A stretch of DNA of 64,000 bases from Candidatus Omnitrophota bacterium (GTDB lineage Bacteria; Omnitrophota; Gorgyraeia; Gygaellales; Profunditerraquicolaceae). Where the stretch lies: positions 68,554-132,553 of the forward strand of contig JAUSED010000008.1 of assembly GCA_030650425.1 (NCBI GenBank), in the 5' to 3' direction. The notes beneath the pieces were generated by a model. It saw only the letters and a list, made by a program, of their open reading frames with translations. It had not been told where the DNA came from and searched no databases. Positions within the stretch are counted from its first letter, which is position 1. Each line of letters starts with the position of its first letter. The position numbers and the translations under genes are program-made. This document shows, in pieces, positions 39,772-50,060 of the stretch.

Positions 39772-40310
39772 TGGATACGCTGATAGGAGAGAGGATATAT
39801 TTTAAGAAGCTTGATCCGGATGGGCTTTCGTCATCCTATGTATCTTGGATGAAAGATACAGGGGTTGTGCGGTTTTTGGATAACCCTACTGGAGATTTCA
39901 ACGAAGTCCGCCTAAAAGAATTTGTCTCTAAGATGAATGCAAGCGGACGGGACTATCTTTTTGGTATTTTTTTGAACAAGGATTCCAGACATATCGGTAA
40001 TATTAAGCTGGGTAATGTTCATTCTGTTCATCGGTTCGCTGACCTTGGTATTATTATTGGAGCAAAAGACTGCTGGGGGAGGGGATACGCTACGGAGGCC
40101 GTTTGCCTTTTGACAGATTATGCTTTTGGGCCTTTAAGATTGCGTAAGGTGATTGCCGGAATGTTGGCCGTTAACCAGGCCTCGTACAAAGTTTTTTTAA
40201 AGGCAGGATATCGCGAGGTTGGCCGTTATGCTAAACATCGGCTGGTAAATGGTGTTTTTGTTGATTCTATTATTGTTGAAAAGTGTGCGGATGGGGCAGT
40301 ACCTGGTTAA
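39771..40310 (+). CDS. GNAT-family N-acetyltransferase (candidate PseH-like)
   Basis: GNAT A-motif region GIIIGAKDCWGRGYATEA. 179 aa. Sits beside the Pse genes. Confidence 0.6.
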   Translation: MDTLIGERIYFKKLDPDGLSSSYVSWMKDTGVVRFLDNPTGDFNEVRLKEFVSKMNASGRDYLFGIFLNKDSRHIGNIKLGNVHSVHRFADLGIIIGAKDCWGRGYATEAVCLLTDYAFGPLRLRKVIAGMLAVNQASYKVFLKAGYREVGRYAKHRLVNGVFVDSIIVEKCADGAVPG

Positions 40311-40326
40311 TAAGAAGTGGTGAGAT

Positions 40327-41055
40327 GTGAAGCCGTTAACTGTAGCGATTATTCAGGCGCGTAATGGTTCAACGCGCCTTCCTGGCAAGGTAATGCGCTG
40401 TGTGAATGAGCGCCCGATGGTTATCTGGGTTGTGGACCGTGTTCGAGCAGCTACTTTAGTTGATGAAGTGGTTGTGGCGACAACAGTTGATGCGCAAGAT
40501 GACGCTATGGCCGAGATGCTTTCTGATTCCGGAGTTAGGGTTCTGCGTGGTTCGACGCATGATGTTCTGGATCGGTATTATGTTGCGGCCCGCCAGGTTA
40601 GCGTAGAGAATATTGTTCGGATCACCGCGGATTGCCCTTTGATTGACGCGAGGGTCATCGACGATGTGGTGGGTCTTTTTTTAAAAAGCGGATCTGATTA
40701 TACATGCAATATCATGTCCAGGACTTATCCCGATGGGCAGGATGTGGAGGTTTTTTCTTTCGGTTCTCTGGAGCGGGCCTGGCAAGAAGCTAAAACACCA
40801 AGAGAGCGCGAGCATGTGACGATTTATTTCAGAGAGCATCCGGAGTTCTTTAAGATATCAAATTTGAAGTATGAGCATGAGTGGGGGCATATGCGTTGGA
40901 CGCTTGATTATGCGGAAGATTTTGCTATGATTGAAGAGGTCTTTAGGGCCTTTAAAGGCAGGGAATTAGAAGTTTCTATGGAGGAAATCGCGGCGTTTCT
41001 GCAGAAGAATCCGCAGGTCTGTGCTTTAAACCGTAAATATGCGGTGCAGGGTTGA
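40327..41055 (+). CDS. SpsF/NeuA-family cytidylyltransferase (candidate CMP-nonulosonate synthetase)
   Basis: AIIQARNGSTRLPGKV. 242 aa. GTG start. Confidence 0.6.
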   Translation: MKPLTVAIIQARNGSTRLPGKVMRCVNERPMVIWVVDRVRAATLVDEVVVATTVDAQDDAMAEMLSDSGVRVLRGSTHDVLDRYYVAARQVSVENIVRITADCPLIDARVIDDVVGLFLKSGSDYTCNIMSRTYPDGQDVEVFSFGSLERAWQEAKTPREREHVTIYFREHPEFFKISNLKYEHEWGHMRWTLDYAEDFAMIEEVFRAFKGRELEVSMEEIAAFLQKNPQVCALNRKYAVQG

Positions 41056-42047
41056 TGAAAGTTGCTATTTTGACTGAGGGCGGGAGAGCAAGAGGGCTTG
41101 GGCACGTGGTTCGTTGCCTTTCTTTACGGTTTGCTTTTTTGGAGTCTGGAGCGGAATGCGAGATGTTCATTGATGGGGACGATGCCTTGGGCAGCGTTAT
41201 GTCCGGCGCGCCTTGGCGTTGCTTGCATTGGGTAAGTGACGCGGAGATAATACGCGCTGTTGTTGGCGCCGCGGACATAGTTGTCATTGATTCCTATCTT
41301 GCTGCCCAGAATGTTTATGATGTAGTAGCGGAGAGTAAAAAATTAGCGATGTTTTTTGATGATACGCGCCGGCTGTTATATCCTTGCGGGTATGTGGTTA
41401 ACGCAAGTGCCGAATCTACAGGAACCGGATATCCGCCGCGGCAGGGTGTCAAATATTGCTTGGGGCCAGATTACATTTGTTTACGTCGTGAATTCTGGGA
41501 TCTTACTCCTTTCTTAGTTAGGCCGGATATTAAAAGGGTTTTCTTATCTTTTGGTGCGGTTGACAGTAAGAATATTCTTGGTCGCGTTTTAGGCGCATGC
41601 GTGAGCGCGCGCCCTGATTTGACATATCTGGCTGTGGTTGGGCCGGCGACCAGGAAAGGTCTTTCGTTATTGGAGGCCTACGAAAATGTTCAGTCAGTAG
41701 AATTTCTAAGAGATGTTTCGGTTAATAGGCTTATTAGCGCGATGCAAAGCGTTGATGTTGCGGTGAGTTCTTGCGGGCAGACTATTTATGAACTGGCTAA
41801 AACAGGTGTGCCATCTGTAACGGTGAGAGCCCATGAAAATCAGTACCTGACTTGGCAGATGATGGTAAGTTCAGGCGCTGTATGTGATGGCGGGGCTGTC
41901 AATGAAACACTGGAAGGCAGAGTGTTAGCAGCTCTGCAGGCAATGCAGGCCCCATCACTTAGGCAAGTCTGTCAAGATTCAGGTTGCCGCTTAGTAGACG
42001 GCCAAGGCGCTCGCCGTATCGTGAGCATACTTTTAAAAGGGAAGTAA
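41055..42047 (+). CDS. pseG: UDP-2,4-diacetamido-2,4,6-trideoxy-beta-L-altropyranose hydrolase (PseG/SpsG-like)
   Basis: KVAILTEGGRARGLGHVVRCLSL, the PseG-type N-terminal motif. GT28-like C-terminal half. Confidence 0.65.
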   Translation: MKVAILTEGGRARGLGHVVRCLSLRFAFLESGAECEMFIDGDDALGSVMSGAPWRCLHWVSDAEIIRAVVGAADIVVIDSYLAAQNVYDVVAESKKLAMFFDDTRRLLYPCGYVVNASAESTGTGYPPRQGVKYCLGPDYICLRREFWDLTPFLVRPDIKRVFLSFGAVDSKNILGRVLGACVSARPDLTYLAVVGPATRKGLSLLEAYENVQSVEFLRDVSVNRLISAMQSVDVAVSSCGQTIYELAKTGVPSVTVRAHENQYLTWQMMVSSGAVCDGGAVNETLEGRVLAALQAMQAPSLRQVCQDSGCRLVDGQGARRIVSILLKGK

Positions 42048-42048
42048 T

Positions 42049-43083
42049 ATGGAGCAAGGACCTTTCATTACGATTAACGGGCATCAGGTCGGGCCAGATT
42101 TTCCCGTCTATATCATCGCGGAAATAGGAATCAACCATAACGGTTGTCTTTCGACGGCGCTTGAGATGGTGCGTGTTGCCAAATCGGCAGGGGCGGATGC
42201 TGTTAAAGTTCAGATTCTTACCGCGGATCGTTGTTACAGCCGGAATAGCCCTTCTTATGCTATTTTTAAGAAAGCGGAGCTAACACATGACGATTGGCGT
42301 CTTGTGTTTAAAGAGGCTCAGTTGATCGGAATTGATTGTTTTGCGACATTCGTTGATGTCGCGGACCTGAAGGATTTTTCTGATCTCGTTAAGCCTGCAG
42401 TGAAGATTTCATCCAGCTGTATCACAAATATGCCTTTGTTGGAATATGTGGCAAAGTTAGGTGTGCCGGTCTTGGTCTCTAGCGGAATGAGCGATTTGGA
42501 GGAGGTACGGGAGGCGGTGCGGGTGTTACGCGCGGGCGGACAAAAGGATATCGCGCTTTTTCATTGTACATCGCTTTATCCTGCTCCTATTGAGGCATTG
42601 AATTTACGGGCGATCAGAACCATTGCTAGTGAATTTTCGGATATTCCTGTGGGATATTCTGATCATTCCGCAGGGATAATGGCCTCTGTTCTGTCGGTCG
42701 CGCTTGGTAGCGTTTTGGTCGAGAAACATTTTACTTTGAATAAACAGATGGAAGGCCCTGACCATCATTTTTCAGCTGATCCACAAGAGATGATTGAATT
42801 AGTGACAGCAATTCGTTCGGCTGCGGCAGCATTGGGCCGTGCAGAGAAGGCGCCTGATTCCCAAGAGGTTGCTGCGCGTGGCCACTTGCGCAGGACCATT
42901 GTCGCTTTGCGGGATATTTCAGCTGGAGAGGCCCTTACGCCAGAAAATACGGGATTGAAAAGGTGTGGCTCTATAGGGCTGGCGCCCGGAGAATTAGCAA
43001 ATGTTCTTGGGCGTGTTTTACGCTCTTCTATCAAAAGGGATGACCCGATCACTGAGCGTTTATTCTTGGAGAGTAGTGTATGA
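42049..43083 (+). CDS. pseI: N-acetylneuraminate-synthase-family enzyme (pseudaminic acid synthase PseI-like)
   Basis: YIIAEIGINHNG; TIM-barrel plus C-terminal SAF domain. 344 aa. Confidence 0.75.
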   Translation: MEQGPFITINGHQVGPDFPVYIIAEIGINHNGCLSTALEMVRVAKSAGADAVKVQILTADRCYSRNSPSYAIFKKAELTHDDWRLVFKEAQLIGIDCFATFVDVADLKDFSDLVKPAVKISSSCITNMPLLEYVAKLGVPVLVSSGMSDLEEVREAVRVLRAGGQKDIALFHCTSLYPAPIEALNLRAIRTIASEFSDIPVGYSDHSAGIMASVLSVALGSVLVEKHFTLNKQMEGPDHHFSADPQEMIELVTAIRSAAAALGRAEKAPDSQEVAARGHLRRTIVALRDISAGEALTPENTGLKRCGSIGLAPGELANVLGRVLRSSIKRDDPITERLFLESSV

Positions 43084-44090
43084 AAAAGAAGGTGCTGCTT
43101 ACTTCTTTCGGGGGCGTGTGGTCACTGGCTTTTTATGAGGATTTTTTGAAACGCGGAGATTACCGGGTTTTTTTTGCAGACGTTGATTCGCGCGCCCGCG
43201 CGCGATGTTTTGTGAAGGATTTTTTAACCCTTTTATCTCCCGGTGATCCGCATTACGTTGATGACCTCTTTGCTATTTGCCGCCGTAACGATATTCGATT
43301 TGTTATTCCCGGGGCAGACGAAGAGGCATTAAGGCTTATGCCGGAGCGCGCTCGTTTTGAACGTGCTGGCATTCTTCTGGCTGTTCAAGATATGGAGACG
43401 GCTTTGTGTTTTTCGTCTAAGTCAAGGATGTACGATTTTCTGCGGAAAAAGGGATTTCCTGTGCCATTCTATAAACGTTTCAAGACGAAACAGGGGTTTG
43501 AAGATGCTCTCTTGTCAGCAGAATATCCTGCGCGGCCTCTATTAATAAAGCCTGATAACGGACGAGGGGGCCGGGGGGTAATTTTGTTGTCGCAGCGGGC
43601 ATTTCCAAATAAAGATCAGTTGCAAATAATGGATAGTGCAGCGTTTCGTCAAATGATTGATGATGAACAGGAATATATACTCATGGATTACTTTGAGGCG
43701 GATACGTATGATATGGATGTATTGACTTACGAAGACGGCAGCGTATTTTTTGGGCTGCGTAAAAGATTTGCCAATGTATCTAAGGTTTTTATGGGTAATA
43801 TATTTGAAAGGCATGAACGGATTGAGGAGCTCTGCCGGAAACTTTATAACGTGTTACCGACACGCTACCTTATTGATTACGATATCATTGTTCCTGAGGG
43901 CCGGGAGCCTTTTTTGATGGAAGTCAATCCTAGGCCTAGCGGTAGCACGATATCCTATCTTCCTTTTGGGTATAATTTATATCATATTTTAATGCAGACA
44001 TACTTAGATAAAAAAAAGACAGTGCCGGATGGGTCGTATATCGGTAGGACAGCGCATGCGTTCCATCGTGTTTTGAAGGATGCGAGGTAA
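43080..44090 (+). CDS. ATP-grasp domain protein
   Basis: ATP-grasp layout; LIKPDNGRGGRGV; EVNPRPSGS. Confidence 0.55.
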   Translation: MKKKVLLTSFGGVWSLAFYEDFLKRGDYRVFFADVDSRARARCFVKDFLTLLSPGDPHYVDDLFAICRRNDIRFVIPGADEEALRLMPERARFERAGILLAVQDMETALCFSSKSRMYDFLRKKGFPVPFYKRFKTKQGFEDALLSAEYPARPLLIKPDNGRGGRGVILLSQRAFPNKDQLQIMDSAAFRQMIDDEQEYILMDYFEADTYDMDVLTYEDGSVFFGLRKRFANVSKVFMGNIFERHERIEELCRKLYNVLPTRYLIDYDIIVPEGREPFLMEVNPRPSGSTISYLPFGYNLYHILMQTYLDKKKTVPDGSYIGRTAHAFHRVLKDAR

Positions 44091-44096
44091 GTAAGT

Positions 44097-44837
44097 ATGG
44101 CTGAACAAATTCTGATTGTAGCAGCTCATCCGGATGATGAAGTGATAGGTTGCGGGGGAGCGATCGCTTGGCATTCCGCACGTGGAGATTATGTTCGGAT
44201 GATAATTATGGCGGATGGCGTAACATCAAGAAGCTACAATCCCGATATTCCGGTGCCTCGCGCAGAGGAGTTGTTGGTTTATCAGCAGGCTATTGAGCGT
44301 CGTAAAACCGAGTGCCGGGACGCGGCATCCCTTCTCGGCGTCAAGAAAAACGCTGTTTATTTCTTAGATCTGGCGGATCAACGTTTGGATACATATCCGT
44401 TTCTTGATTTGGTAAAACATATCGAGAAGGTCAAGGGGATTTTTTCTCCGACGCTGGTTTACACACATTTTTTCGGCGATCTTAATTTGGACCATCGTTT
44501 GACTGCTCAGGCTGTGTTGACCGCGTTCCGTCCGCGATTAGGAACTACTGCGGCAGTGAAGCTTTTTGAGGTCTATGAGACAACAAGAATTTCTAATCAG
44601 GCAGGTTATGGTGATTTTGTTCCGGATTATTTATTGGATATTTCGCCGTTTTGGGAGCTTAAGCAGAAGGCTCTTAGTGTTTATGTGAGTGAGAGTTGCA
44701 AGTATCCTCATTTCCGTTCTGTCCAGGCCTTGAGGGAACGGGCTGCTTTTTGGGGGGAGCGATCCGGCGTAAAATATGGAGAGGCTTTTTTGACCCGTTA
44801 CGCAGCTAGTGAGGAAATAGCTTATGGGAAAAGGTAA
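44097..44837 (+). CDS. PIG-L/LmbE-family N-deacetylase
   Basis: ILIVAAHPDDEVIGCGG signature. Confidence 0.8.
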   Translation: MAEQILIVAAHPDDEVIGCGGAIAWHSARGDYVRMIIMADGVTSRSYNPDIPVPRAEELLVYQQAIERRKTECRDAASLLGVKKNAVYFLDLADQRLDTYPFLDLVKHIEKVKGIFSPTLVYTHFFGDLNLDHRLTAQAVLTAFRPRLGTTAAVKLFEVYETTRISNQAGYGDFVPDYLLDISPFWELKQKALSVYVSESCKYPHFRSVQALRERAAFWGERSGVKYGEAFLTRYAASEEIAYGKR

Positions 44838-45327
44838 GGTGTCTTTAACAGGCGCGATAGGAGGCGGTGTACGTTTAAGGCCGGCTCGGGAAAGTGACGC
44901 GGAGTTTCTTTTTAAGCTGCGTAACGATCCTGAGGTTAGGCGCAGCGCCTTTAATGAGAAGCCCCTTGTATGGGAGGAGCATTTAAGTTGGATGGCAAAT
45001 AAATTGGCATCGCATAAGACAACCATCTTCATTGCCGAAGTGGAGGGGCAGCCTGCGGGCCAGGTGCGTTTCGATCTCGAAGAAGAGGGGGCGGTTGTGG
45101 ATATTACTTTAGCGCAACATCTGCGTGGTCGCGGGCTCGGGACGATTCTTCTGGAGCAAGGGGTCGGTCATTTTATTACGATGATGCCGGGAGTTAGTAT
45201 TGTGGCTTATGTGAAGAAAGAAAACACCCCGTCGTTGAGATGCTTTAAGAAGGCGGGATTCAGGGATGAGGGGGCTGTTATTATTCAGGGAACATCTTGT
45301 CACCGGATGCTTTTTTTATCTGATTAA
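44824..45327 (+). CDS. GNAT-family N-acyltransferase
   Basis: GNAT motif A LRGRGLGTILLE. 167 aa. Overlaps the deacetylase stop. Confidence 0.65.
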   Translation: MGKGKVSLTGAIGGGVRLRPARESDAEFLFKLRNDPEVRRSAFNEKPLVWEEHLSWMANKLASHKTTIFIAEVEGQPAGQVRFDLEEEGAVVDITLAQHLRGRGLGTILLEQGVGHFITMMPGVSIVAYVKKENTPSLRCFKKAGFRDEGAVIIQGTSCHRMLFLSD

Positions 45328-45363
45328 ACGGTTTTATTTAGTTGTAATAGGTTGGTGTCAAAA

Positions 45364-47031
45364 ATGAAAAAAAAGAATATTTTATTCGTCCATCTTCCTT
45401 CTTTGTCTGTTAAGTACATTGTTGAATCAATGAAGACGAAGAGTACTCAGGAGGTAAACTTAAGTTTTCCGCTGGGAATCTTGTATCTTTCATCGTATTT
45501 AAGAGCCAGCTGCGGTGCGGTCGGACGGGTAGCCATGCTTGATTATCCGTTGTATGTAAGGCAGGGCATCTCGAAGTATGAGTCGATTGAGGATTTTATC
45601 CTGAAAGAAGCGCAAAAACATATCGATTTTAAACCGGACATTATTGCATTTTCTCTTATGTTTTCTGCTTCCCATCAATTTTTCAAAATAGCAGCGCAAA
45701 CATTGAAATCGCTCTATCCTAATTCGATAAGCGTTGTTGGGGGAATCCACGCGACAAATATTTCTGATTTTCTACTTGATCAGAATTGTGCGGATTACGT
45801 GATCCGCGGCGAAGGAGAAGAAGCTTTTTCAAAAATGGTGGAATTATTAGCGCAGAACTTGCCTATAGACCTGGAAGGCGTTTACTCAAAAGCCAGCCAT
45901 AGCCTGCCTGTGCGGGATAAGATGACAGGATTTATTCAGGATCTGGACTCCTTGCCTTTCCCTGATTGGTCATTGTTGGAAATGGACAATTATTTGCTTT
46001 CAGACCAGAGGCGGTATACTGATAAAATTCTAGATAAACGCATGGCCACACTCATAACAACTCGTGGTTGTCCTTATAGGTGCAGTTTTTGTTCGGCGCA
46101 TACGGTCCATGGCAGGGTGATGAGATATCGTTCCATAGAGGATATTATAGAGGAGATAAAAACCCTGTATGAGCGTTATGGCGTGAATATTTTTGTGCCC
46201 TTCGATGATCTCTTTACCGCGAAAAAAGAACGGGCTTTATCGCTGTTGAGAAACATAAAAGCTCTTAATATCCCTCGTATGGAGGTGCAGTTCCCCAACG
46301 CACTGCACGTGAATACTTTGGATAACGACATTTTGGATTTGATGATTGAATGCGGAGTTAAGGTATTTAATCTGGCCATTGAGACGGGCACAGAGTACAT
46401 GCAGAAGAAGATTAATAAGCATTGCGATCTCAATAAAGCGCGAATGATTATCGATTATTGCCGAAAAAAAGGGATGATGGTCCGCTGCAATTTCATTCTT
46501 GGTTTTCCCGGGGAAACCAAGGAAATGATGAGCGAAAGCACGCGGTATATGAAAACTATCAGGCCGGATTGGTATAATTTATATATGGCCACACCCCTCA
46601 TCGGCACAGAGATGTATGATCAATTCGTGGAAAAAGGATATATCGTAGATTGTGAGGATACCTGGAATCAGGCTTTGGTTCAGAACCGAGCTTTTGACAC
46701 AGACGAAATTTCAGCAGTTGATTTGAAACGTTTTATTGACCGAACAAATATCGAGTTGAATTTTTTAAATAATAACAATTATCTGGAAGGAAAGTTTGAT
46801 CGGGCAACTTTATTATTTTATGATATTGTTAAACATTACCCGTTTCAAATATTCTCTTATTACGGGTTGTATCTTTCGTACAGAGGAAAAAAAGATTATG
46901 CGGGCGCAGACGGTTTCTTGAAGAAGATGGAAGATGTTATTGTCTCGGATCACCGCGCGGCCGAACTTTATAATAAGTACAATGATTTATTCCCCGAAAA
47001 CATTATAAACAGAATTGGGAGGTTCGTATGA
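45364..47031 (+). CDS. cobalamin-binding (class B) radical SAM protein
   Basis: ILFVHLPS...; TTRGCPYRCSFC. About 555 aa. Confidence 0.7.
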   Translation: MKKKNILFVHLPSLSVKYIVESMKTKSTQEVNLSFPLGILYLSSYLRASCGAVGRVAMLDYPLYVRQGISKYESIEDFILKEAQKHIDFKPDIIAFSLMFSASHQFFKIAAQTLKSLYPNSISVVGGIHATNISDFLLDQNCADYVIRGEGEEAFSKMVELLAQNLPIDLEGVYSKASHSLPVRDKMTGFIQDLDSLPFPDWSLLEMDNYLLSDQRRYTDKILDKRMATLITTRGCPYRCSFCSAHTVHGRVMRYRSIEDIIEEIKTLYERYGVNIFVPFDDLFTAKKERALSLLRNIKALNIPRMEVQFPNALHVNTLDNDILDLMIECGVKVFNLAIETGTEYMQKKINKHCDLNKARMIIDYCRKKGMMVRCNFILGFPGETKEMMSESTRYMKTIRPDWYNLYMATPLIGTEMYDQFVEKGYIVDCEDTWNQALVQNRAFDTDEISAVDLKRFIDRTNIELNFLNNNNYLEGKFDRATLLFYDIVKHYPFQIFSYYGLYLSYRGKKDYAGADGFLKKMEDVIVSDHRAAELYNKYNDLFPENIINRIGRFV

Positions 47032-48119
47032 AAACATCTGGGTTTACGGAGAAACTATACGGTGGATTCCAATTTAAATATTCGATTGATAGCCTTCCGC
47101 TACCGGATGGGTTCATCCGTTATCACCAGGATAATTTCTCTAGATATTTTCTATTACCCAAAGAAGAATTTAAGGGCAAGGCTATACTGGAGACTGGCTG
47201 CGGGCCGGGAAAGCACGCTGTGGCGTTGGCATTGCTGGGCGCACAGGTTACAGCAGTGGATCTGTCGGATGACAATGTTGAGAGAGGCAGGAGATTAATA
47301 GAATATTACAAATTCTCGAATCTTAACTTCTTAAAGCATGATCTCATGCAGCCTCTTTTACTGGAAGCTAATTTTGATCTGATAAGCATTCATAATTGGA
47401 TTCAGCATTCGTTAAATCCGGGGCTTGTCTTGAAGAACTTGACGGCTTTGCTAAAGCCGGGAGGAAGATGCTATATCAGTTGCTATCATGCTAATACATT
47501 CAGATTTTTCATCACCCAGATCGCGCGCTCATTGCTTATTCCCGGAGATTTTGAACAAATGCAGCAATTGGTTATGTTCGTTTTCCCCAGCGGATTCCGG
47601 GGATTTTCCAACCCCGATGATATATATTTTGAGAATATCTTTGATGATTTTCTTGTGCCGTATTGCCATACAACGACATATCCGATGCTTCTGTCCGTTA
47701 TGCAGGGGCTGGGGTACAGGGCTATTACGCAGGCCCCCGAGATAGGGGAGATATACGGCTACGATAATATTGCTTTGCGCATGGGCTTTGAGAAACAGGG
47801 CAATGTTAAGGTTAGTGATAAGGTGGCTTTTGATTGTTCAGTTGACGAATTTGACCGCGGATGCCCGGATATAGTTAAAGAGTCTATAAAATTGGCTGAA
47901 GAGGTCATCGCTTCTGTGAAGAAAGAAGGCGACCGAGAAAAAATCATGTTTTTTTGCTTAGGACTCTATCGGTTGAGAGCCGAAACTTGCGCAGAGAATA
48001 ATATGGGGCTAAAACACGGCTTGTTGCAGCAATACTTGAATATGGTGCTTTCAGGTAACATTAAGGCACACTCTGTTTTTTACGAAATGAAAGATTTTTA
48101 TGCAACCCCACAAGGATAA
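47028..48119 (+). CDS. class I SAM-dependent methyltransferase
   Basis: ILETGCGPGKHAVALA...VDLSDDNV...LKPGG. Confidence 0.7.
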   Translation: MKTSGFTEKLYGGFQFKYSIDSLPLPDGFIRYHQDNFSRYFLLPKEEFKGKAILETGCGPGKHAVALALLGAQVTAVDLSDDNVERGRRLIEYYKFSNLNFLKHDLMQPLLLEANFDLISIHNWIQHSLNPGLVLKNLTALLKPGGRCYISCYHANTFRFFITQIARSLLIPGDFEQMQQLVMFVFPSGFRGFSNPDDIYFENIFDDFLVPYCHTTTYPMLLSVMQGLGYRAITQAPEIGEIYGYDNIALRMGFEKQGNVKVSDKVAFDCSVDEFDRGCPDIVKESIKLAEEVIASVKKEGDREKIMFFCLGLYRLRAETCAENNMGLKHGLLQQYLNMVLSGNIKAHSVFYEMKDFYATPQG

Positions 48120-48122
48120 CTT

Positions 48123-50060
48123 ATGTGCGGTATAGCGGCAATCTTTAGCCTTGATGGAACTCCGGTTAAGGATGCGCGGTTAAGGGCCGAACGGATGAAA
48201 AAATTGCTTTATCATCGCGGTCCGGATAGCTGCGGTGTTTATGTTTCTCCTGACGGCGCCTGCGCCCTTGCGGTAACGCGCTTGGCTATAGTTGAACCCG
48301 GAAATACCCTTTCTCAGCCGTTGGCTACGGCCGACGGCAAGTGCGTGCTGGCGTTTAACGGGGAAATATATAACTATCTTGAAATGCGGCAATATCTGCA
48401 GTCGCGCGGGGTGCGCCTGCGGACCAAAATGGATACCGAGATTTTGCTTGAAGGGCTGCGTTTGGAAGGAGAGTCTTTCCTTGAGCGGCTTGACGGGATG
48501 TGGGCATTTGCTTTTTATAATGCGGCGGACAGGTCGCTTCTCTTAAGCCGCGATGTGCTGGGAGAGCGGCATCTGTTTTATCGTGTGGAGGGCAATGAAC
48601 TTATCTTTGCTTCCGAAGTAAAACCATTGCTTGCGGACTCATCGTTAACATTCAAGCTTGATTTTGAAAGCTTTTTGACTTCGTTGCAATATTTTGCTCC
48701 AGCTCCCGGCAAAACCATGGTGCGGGGTATCGAAAGGCTGCGGCCAGGTTATAATATTCAACTTAAGCAGAATGTTCCACCGAGGTTTTATTTACATCGC
48801 AAGCTGCATCCTGAGAAGTGGTTTGGCTTTTTTGATAAGGAGCCTTCTTTTCAAGAGGTTACCTCTCGTTTTGAAGACCTTTTTTTATCAGTTTGCAAGC
48901 GGCGTTTCCCGCGAGAGGTCCCGTTTATGTCCACATTAAGCGGCGGGATTGATAGCACGGCGATATGTATATTTCTCAGTGAATATGGAAAAGTGCCTGT
49001 TCGGACTCTTTTTGGAGAAGGGCCGCGTAAGCAGAATTATGCATCTGGAGAAATGACCGAATATGAGGCCAGCCTTTTTACTTCTCGTAAACTAGGGACT
49101 TCTCATAGTTATATAAATTTTGATTGTTCTGAATATGTGGATGTCTTAATCCATCTTGCGGGTAACGCTTTTGACGGGATTTATGATAACGGTACGGCAA
49201 TGTATGAGATGTTAGCGCGGCATGCCCATAAGAACGGCGCCAAGGTGCTGCTTTTTGCCGAAGGCCCAGACGAGTTTTTGGGTTATCCGAAAGATCTTCG
49301 CGCGTACACAGCAGATAGGCTTTATCATCGCAACAAGATTTTTTTTAAGATTATGCATTTTTTGTCGTCTCATACATCAGGCCGGCGTTTGCTAGAGAAA
49401 ACTGGATTTGCTCAGGCTATTATCCCAAACGGAATTTCGTATAAGCCTTTCCGGTTTTCTCCTATTAATAAAAGCTGGGGGCGCGCGGATATGCTTAAGC
49501 TTGTGAGCCATTCTCAATTTAATCTGGTCCGGGATCATTATGGCGTGGCAGCGCCTCAATATGATGATATCAGGCATAGGCTTGACTTTGCACAAATGCG
49601 AGCGTTGTCATACGCGGCTTTTAGCCTGCCTGATATGTATAATTTGAGAATAGATAAAGGGAATATGAATACCTCCGTAGAGGCGCGTCTTCCTTACCAG
49701 GCGCCGGAAATGGTGGAGTTTTTAGTAGCGCTTCCTTCTGTTTATCGGTTTGGCAAGGGGGTGACGACAAAATATATTCTTCGCGAGGTTGTTCGTAAGC
49801 ATATTGGTCCAGAGATCGCGTACCGTAAAAAAAGGGGGTTTGCTTTACCTCTTTGGGATCTTCCTCATATTTATAAAGCAATGGGTTATGATGAGATTTT
49901 ACGCGCTACTCCGGTATTTGAAGAATATTCATTTTCTAAGGGATTGAGGGAATTTATCTTGCGCGAAGAAAATAAGAGTTTTGTCTGGCCGTTCTATGCC
50001 TTGGCCAGGGTTCATGAACAGCTGGAAAAAAAATTGTACCTTAAGAATATTGATGGCTAA
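48123..50060 (+). CDS. asparagine-synthase-family glutamine amidotransferase (AsnB-like)
   Basis: MCGIAAIF (N-terminal Cys nucleophile); SGGIDST PP-loop. 645 aa. Confidence 0.85.
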   Translation: MCGIAAIFSLDGTPVKDARLRAERMKKLLYHRGPDSCGVYVSPDGACALAVTRLAIVEPGNTLSQPLATADGKCVLAFNGEIYNYLEMRQYLQSRGVRLRTKMDTEILLEGLRLEGESFLERLDGMWAFAFYNAADRSLLLSRDVLGERHLFYRVEGNELIFASEVKPLLADSSLTFKLDFESFLTSLQYFAPAPGKTMVRGIERLRPGYNIQLKQNVPPRFYLHRKLHPEKWFGFFDKEPSFQEVTSRFEDLFLSVCKRRFPREVPFMSTLSGGIDSTAICIFLSEYGKVPVRTLFGEGPRKQNYASGEMTEYEASLFTSRKLGTSHSYINFDCSEYVDVLIHLAGNAFDGIYDNGTAMYEMLARHAHKNGAKVLLFAEGPDEFLGYPKDLRAYTADRLYHRNKIFFKIMHFLSSHTSGRRLLEKTGFAQAIIPNGISYKPFRFSPINKSWGRADMLKLVSHSQFNLVRDHYGVAAPQYDDIRHRLDFAQMRALSYAAFSLPDMYNLRIDKGNMNTSVEARLPYQAPEMVEFLVALPSVYRFGKGVTTKYILREVVRKHIGPEIAYRKKRGFALPLWDLPHIYKAMGYDEILRATPVFEEYSFSKGLREFILREENKSFVWPFYALARVHEQLEKKLYLKNIDG

